A DNA stretch of 64,000 nt from Macrostomum lignano (lineage: Eukaryota). A program made the position numbers and the translations under genes. The notes under the pieces were generated by a model. It did no database searches and was not told the DNA's origin. It was given only the letters and a program-made list of their open reading frames with translations. Location of the stretch: assembly GCA_002269645.1 (NCBI GenBank), contig NIVC01001888.1, positions 124,001-188,000 on the forward strand, read 5' to 3'. Positions within the stretch are counted from its first letter, which is position 1; each line of letters begins with the position of its first letter. Below, one piece after another: positions 60,701 through 64,000 of the stretch.

Positions 60701-63591
60701 CAGCCTTGGCCTCGAAGAGGACGCCAAGTTTTGCGAGATTCGATTTCAAATGCGAAACCATGACAACCAGCTGAGTCGCGTGATGCCGCATCCGCCGGCC
60801 GGGGTCTGGTATCTGGCGATCGTGAATAAGCTGCTTAACAGGTAAAACTGTCTGCTTATTTTTTATTAGAGATGAAGGGAGAAATAAGTGATAAAGAGAG
60901 AGGCAGGAGATAAAGGGAGAGGCAAAAGATGACAGGAGAGGCAAGAGATGAAAGGAGATGCTATAGATGAAGGGAGAGGCAATAGATGAAGGGAGATGCA
61001 ATAAATGAAGGGAGAGGCAAGAGATGAAGGGAGAGGCAAGAGATTAAGGAAAGGGCAAGAGATTAAGGAAAGGGCAAGAGATGAAGGGAGAGGCAAGAGA
61101 TGAAGGGAGATGCAATAGATGAAGGGAGAGGCAAGAGATGAAGGGAGAGGCAAGAGAGTAAGGAAAGGGCAAGAGATTAAGGGAGAGGCAAGAGAGTAAG
61201 GAAAGGGCAAGAGATTAAGGAAAGGGCAAGAGATAAAGGGAGAGGCAAGAGATGAAGGGAGATGCAATAGATGAAGGGAGATGCAATAGATGAAGGGAGA
61301 GGCAAGAGATGAAGGGAGATGCAATAGATGAAGGGAGAGGCAAGAGATGAAGGGAGAGGCAAGAGATTAAGGAAAGGGCAAGAGATGAAGGGAGAGGCAA
61401 GAGATTAAGGAAAGGGCAAGAGATGAAGGGAGAGGCAAGAGATGAAGGGAGAGGCAAGAGATTAAGGAAAGGGCAAGAGATGAAGGGAGAGGCAAGAGAT
61501 TAAGGAAAGGGCAAGAGATGAAGGGAGAGGCAAGCGATTGAAAGCAAGAAAAGCAGAGGGAATTAAAAGATGGGGAAAAGCTGAATCGAGGTAAAGAAGT
61601 GCAGCGAACGGGATATGAAGGTCACATTTAAGTCGAAGATAGAGGAAAGAATTGATAAAGGAAAATTCAGGAAACCTCCGGAACCGTATCTTAGCACCCG
61701 TTTGTAACCCGCTCAAACTGCAGAGCAGAGATTACCTTAACGATTCGAACCACGGATTGTCCATCAAAATGCTTAAACGGTGGCCAATGTGACAAGCAGT
61801 CCATTGCATCGATGACCGTCCGCATCTGCCGCTGCTACGATGGCTTCGCTGGCGACCTGTGCGAGGCTCGCGTGCCCCGCAGCCCCGATCCGCTGACCTC
61901 CCTGCTGCTGCTCTGCCTCAGCAATGCCGCCTTCCTGCCTACCGTGGCCTTGGCCTTCCGCCGCGGCCTGCTGGTTGAAGCCCTCATCTACTGCGCTGCC
62001 ATGCTGGCCTCCGCGGTGAGCCTCCCTCATCTTGGCTCTCCCATCCTGAATCTCCCATCCTGACTCCCCATCCTGACTCCCCATCCTGACTCCCCATCCT
62101 GACTCTCCCGTCCTGACTCTCCCGTCCTGACTCCCCATCCTGACTCCTCTCCATCCTGAGTCCCCATCATGAATTCTCTCCATCCTGACTCCCCATCATG
62201 ATTCCCCATCCTGACACTTTCCCATCCTGACTCTCCCATCCTGACTCCCCATCCTGACTCCTCTCCATCCTGACTCCTCTCCCATCCTGACTCCTCTCCC
62301 ATCCTGACTCCCCATCCTGACTCCCCATCCTGACTCTCCCATCCTGACTCCCCATCCTGACTCTCCCATCCTGACTCCCCATCCTGACTCTCTCATCCTG
62401 ACCCCTCCCATCCTGACTCTTTCCCATCCTGACTCTCCCATCCTGACTCTCCCATCCTGAATCTCCCATCCTGACTCTCCCATCCTGACTCCCCATCCTG
62501 ACTCTCCCATCCTGACTCTCCCATCCTGACTCCCCATCCTAACTCCCCATCATGATTCCTACCCATCCTGACTCTCCATCATGATTCCTCTCCATCCTGA
62601 CTCCCCATCATGACTCCCCATCCTGACTCTCCCATCCTGAATCTTCCATCCTGAATCTCCCATCCTGACTCTCCCATCCTGACTCTCCCATCCTGAATCT
62701 CCCATCCTGAATCTCCCATCCTGAATCTCCCATCCTGACTCCCCATCCTGACTCCCCATCCTGACTCCCCATCCTGACTCCCCATCCTGACTCTCCCATC
62801 CTGACTCCCCATCCTGACTCCCCATCCTGACTCCCCATCCTGACTCTCCCATCCTGACTCCCCATCCTGACTCCCCATCCTGACTCCCCATCCTGACTCT
62901 CCCATCCTGAATCTCCCATCCTGAATCTCCCATCCTGACTCCCCATCCTGAATCTCCCATCCTGACTCCCCATCCTGACTCCCCATCCTGACTCCCCATC
63001 CTGACTCTCCCATCCTGAATCTCCCATCCTGAATCTCCCATCCTGACTCCCCATCCTGACTCCCCATCCTGACTCCTACCCATTCTGACTCCTCCCCATC
63101 CTGACTCCTCCCCATCCTGACTCCTCATCATGACTCCTATTCTGACTCCAATCCTGTCTCCCGCATCCAAAATCTTCCATCTTGACTCTCTCCTCTTGAC
63201 TCCCTCTCTGACACTCCCTGACCCTGACTCTTCCACCTCGTAACTAATCCTCATTGACCCTTACTGTCCCTGACCCTCAATCTGCCCCTCATCTCCATCT
63301 TGAACCGCATCTCCCTGGCATTACCAGTTTTACCACGCCTGCGACAACAACTACGTGAATCAGCTGTGCGTCTTCCAATTCGATACTCTTGGCAAGCTGG
63401 ACTTTCTCGGCGCTTTTCTCAGCCTATGGGTTACTCTACTCCTACTGGTGGACCTGACGCCGCAGTTGAAACAGCTGGCGCAAACTGCCGGCTCGCTGTT
63501 CCTAATGATTGGCGTGCTGATCAATCGGACTAGCTTTGTTATAATTGCTGTCCCGCTGGGTGTCGGCTTTGCGGCGCTAATCCTGTCCTGG
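54757..63591 (+). CDS. TMEM8: TMEM8/PGAP6-family protein (EGF-like plus multi-TM domain), partial; exons about 54757-54873, 55837-56044, 59152-59282, 59739-60123, 60504-60841, 61724-62015, 63328-63591; first and last exons not located
   Basis: All six introns are GT-AG with matching phases. EGF CPSKCLNGGQC...CRCYDGFAGDLC, then LLLCLSNAAFLP, EALIY, FYHACD, LDFLGAFLSLWVT. Upstream exons are less certain than the last three. Confidence 0.85.
55608..55780. mobile_element. Internal portion of a third, more diverged copy of the hAT MITE family
   Basis: Shares AAAA.TGCCCA.CC, GATGACG.GGCATTTAG, TAGTTACTCCTGCCGTTT.CCCAAA and TTTCATAGGTAAGT. TIR and TSD not seen. Confidence 0.6.
56426..56830. repeat. 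26-bp minisatellite (ATAAGCATATTCCT(A/T)GAAACCTCCC(G/A)), about 15 copies
   Basis: Read directly. Confidence 0.95.
56855..58595. mobile_element. Element with ~390-bp long inverted repeats (56855-57244 / 58206-58595) around a ~960-bp non-coding core
   Basis: Mirror ORFs 57077.. / ..58373 and ..57145 / 58305.. give coordinate sum 115450. Few mismatches. No TSD identified. Confidence 0.75.
58610..59010. repeat. About 26-bp minisatellite related to 56426-56830, same orientation (alternating ...CTCGGATAAGTACATT / ...CTCCGGTAAGTAATT units)
   Basis: Read directly; shares the TTCCTAGAAACC core. Confidence 0.92.
59325..59670. repeat. 15-bp minisatellite (ATGAGATTCGAG(C/T)TT variants)
   Basis: Read directly; intronic. 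Confidence 0.93.
60870..61535. repeat. About 19-bp AG-rich minisatellite (AAGAGATGAAGGGAGAGGC)
   Basis: Read directly; intronic. Confidence 0.92.
62035..63130. repeat. 13/14-bp minisatellite (CCATCCTGA(C/A)TC(C/TC)C)
   Basis: Read directly; intronic. Confidence 0.93.
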
Positions 63592-63920
63592 GTGAGGGCT
63601 GTGCCGCAGATTATCTCATTATTTGCTCAGTTATGATTATCAAGTGAAAAGTATTAGTTAAACGAAATCGGAGCACTACTCTAGAGCATAGATCCTTTAT
63701 TCTCTAGATCAGCAATACCATTGAGCTCAACGCAGCAATGAAAAAATCCGCGACATCAAAAACTTTTCAGTAGTGTGAACGCGCATGGTTGCTATTTTTT
63801 GTTTATGAAAGAGACAAGTGAAGCAACAGCTGCATCAAGCGTTGCGCTGTTGTCAAATGAGTAGTGAAGAAGATGACTGATTTCGCTTAGTTGACTTTAA
63901 ACCCGCGGAACACACTCCCC

Positions 63921-64000
63921 CCGTTCCTCACCCATGGACACGCGTTCCTCACCCATGGACATGCGTTCCTCACCCATGGACACACGTTCCTCACCCATGG
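63921..64000. repeat. 21-bp tandem repeat (CGTTCCTCACCCATGGACA..), truncated by window end
   Basis: About 4 units visible. Confidence 0.85.

Noticed and set aside
61773-63254. GESGW/SQDG repeat ORFs on the minus strand
   Set aside because: Antisense translation of an intronic 13/14-bp minisatellite in TMEM8.

Overview
Eukaryotic genomic DNA with GT-AG introns, the standard genetic code, GC-rich exons and AT-rich or minisatellite-filled introns. The style suggests a repeat-rich invertebrate such as the flatworm Macrostomum (inference, unverified). Spliced gene models I could build by hand: a TLC-domain membrane protein (-), COX19 (-), PRPF19 (-) head-to-head with a NEK9-like kinase (+), and a TMEM8/PGAP6-family protein (+, runs off the window). 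There is also a partial LRR-like gene, a candidate RING-like gene and an unknown membrane protein. Mobile DNA: a dead mariner with TIRs and TA TSD, two truncated piggyBac copies, a frameshifted RTE-like LINE, hAT MITEs with 8-bp TSDs, tRNA-derived SINEs, a probable solo LTR and a Helitron-like fragment, plus more than 15 distinct tandem-repeat arrays. The standout is 9023-20234, an ~11.2-kb near-perfect palindrome. It holds three copies of an 80-aa secreted precursor (signal peptide, acidic propiece, highly cationic amphipathic C-terminus) that looks like an antimicrobial or cytolytic peptide. The middle copy sits in the palindrome spacer, bracketed by 20-bp satellite arrays and by two outward-facing piggyBac ends (TTAA-CCCTCC...GGAGGG-TTAA), giving a composite-transposon-like cassette.
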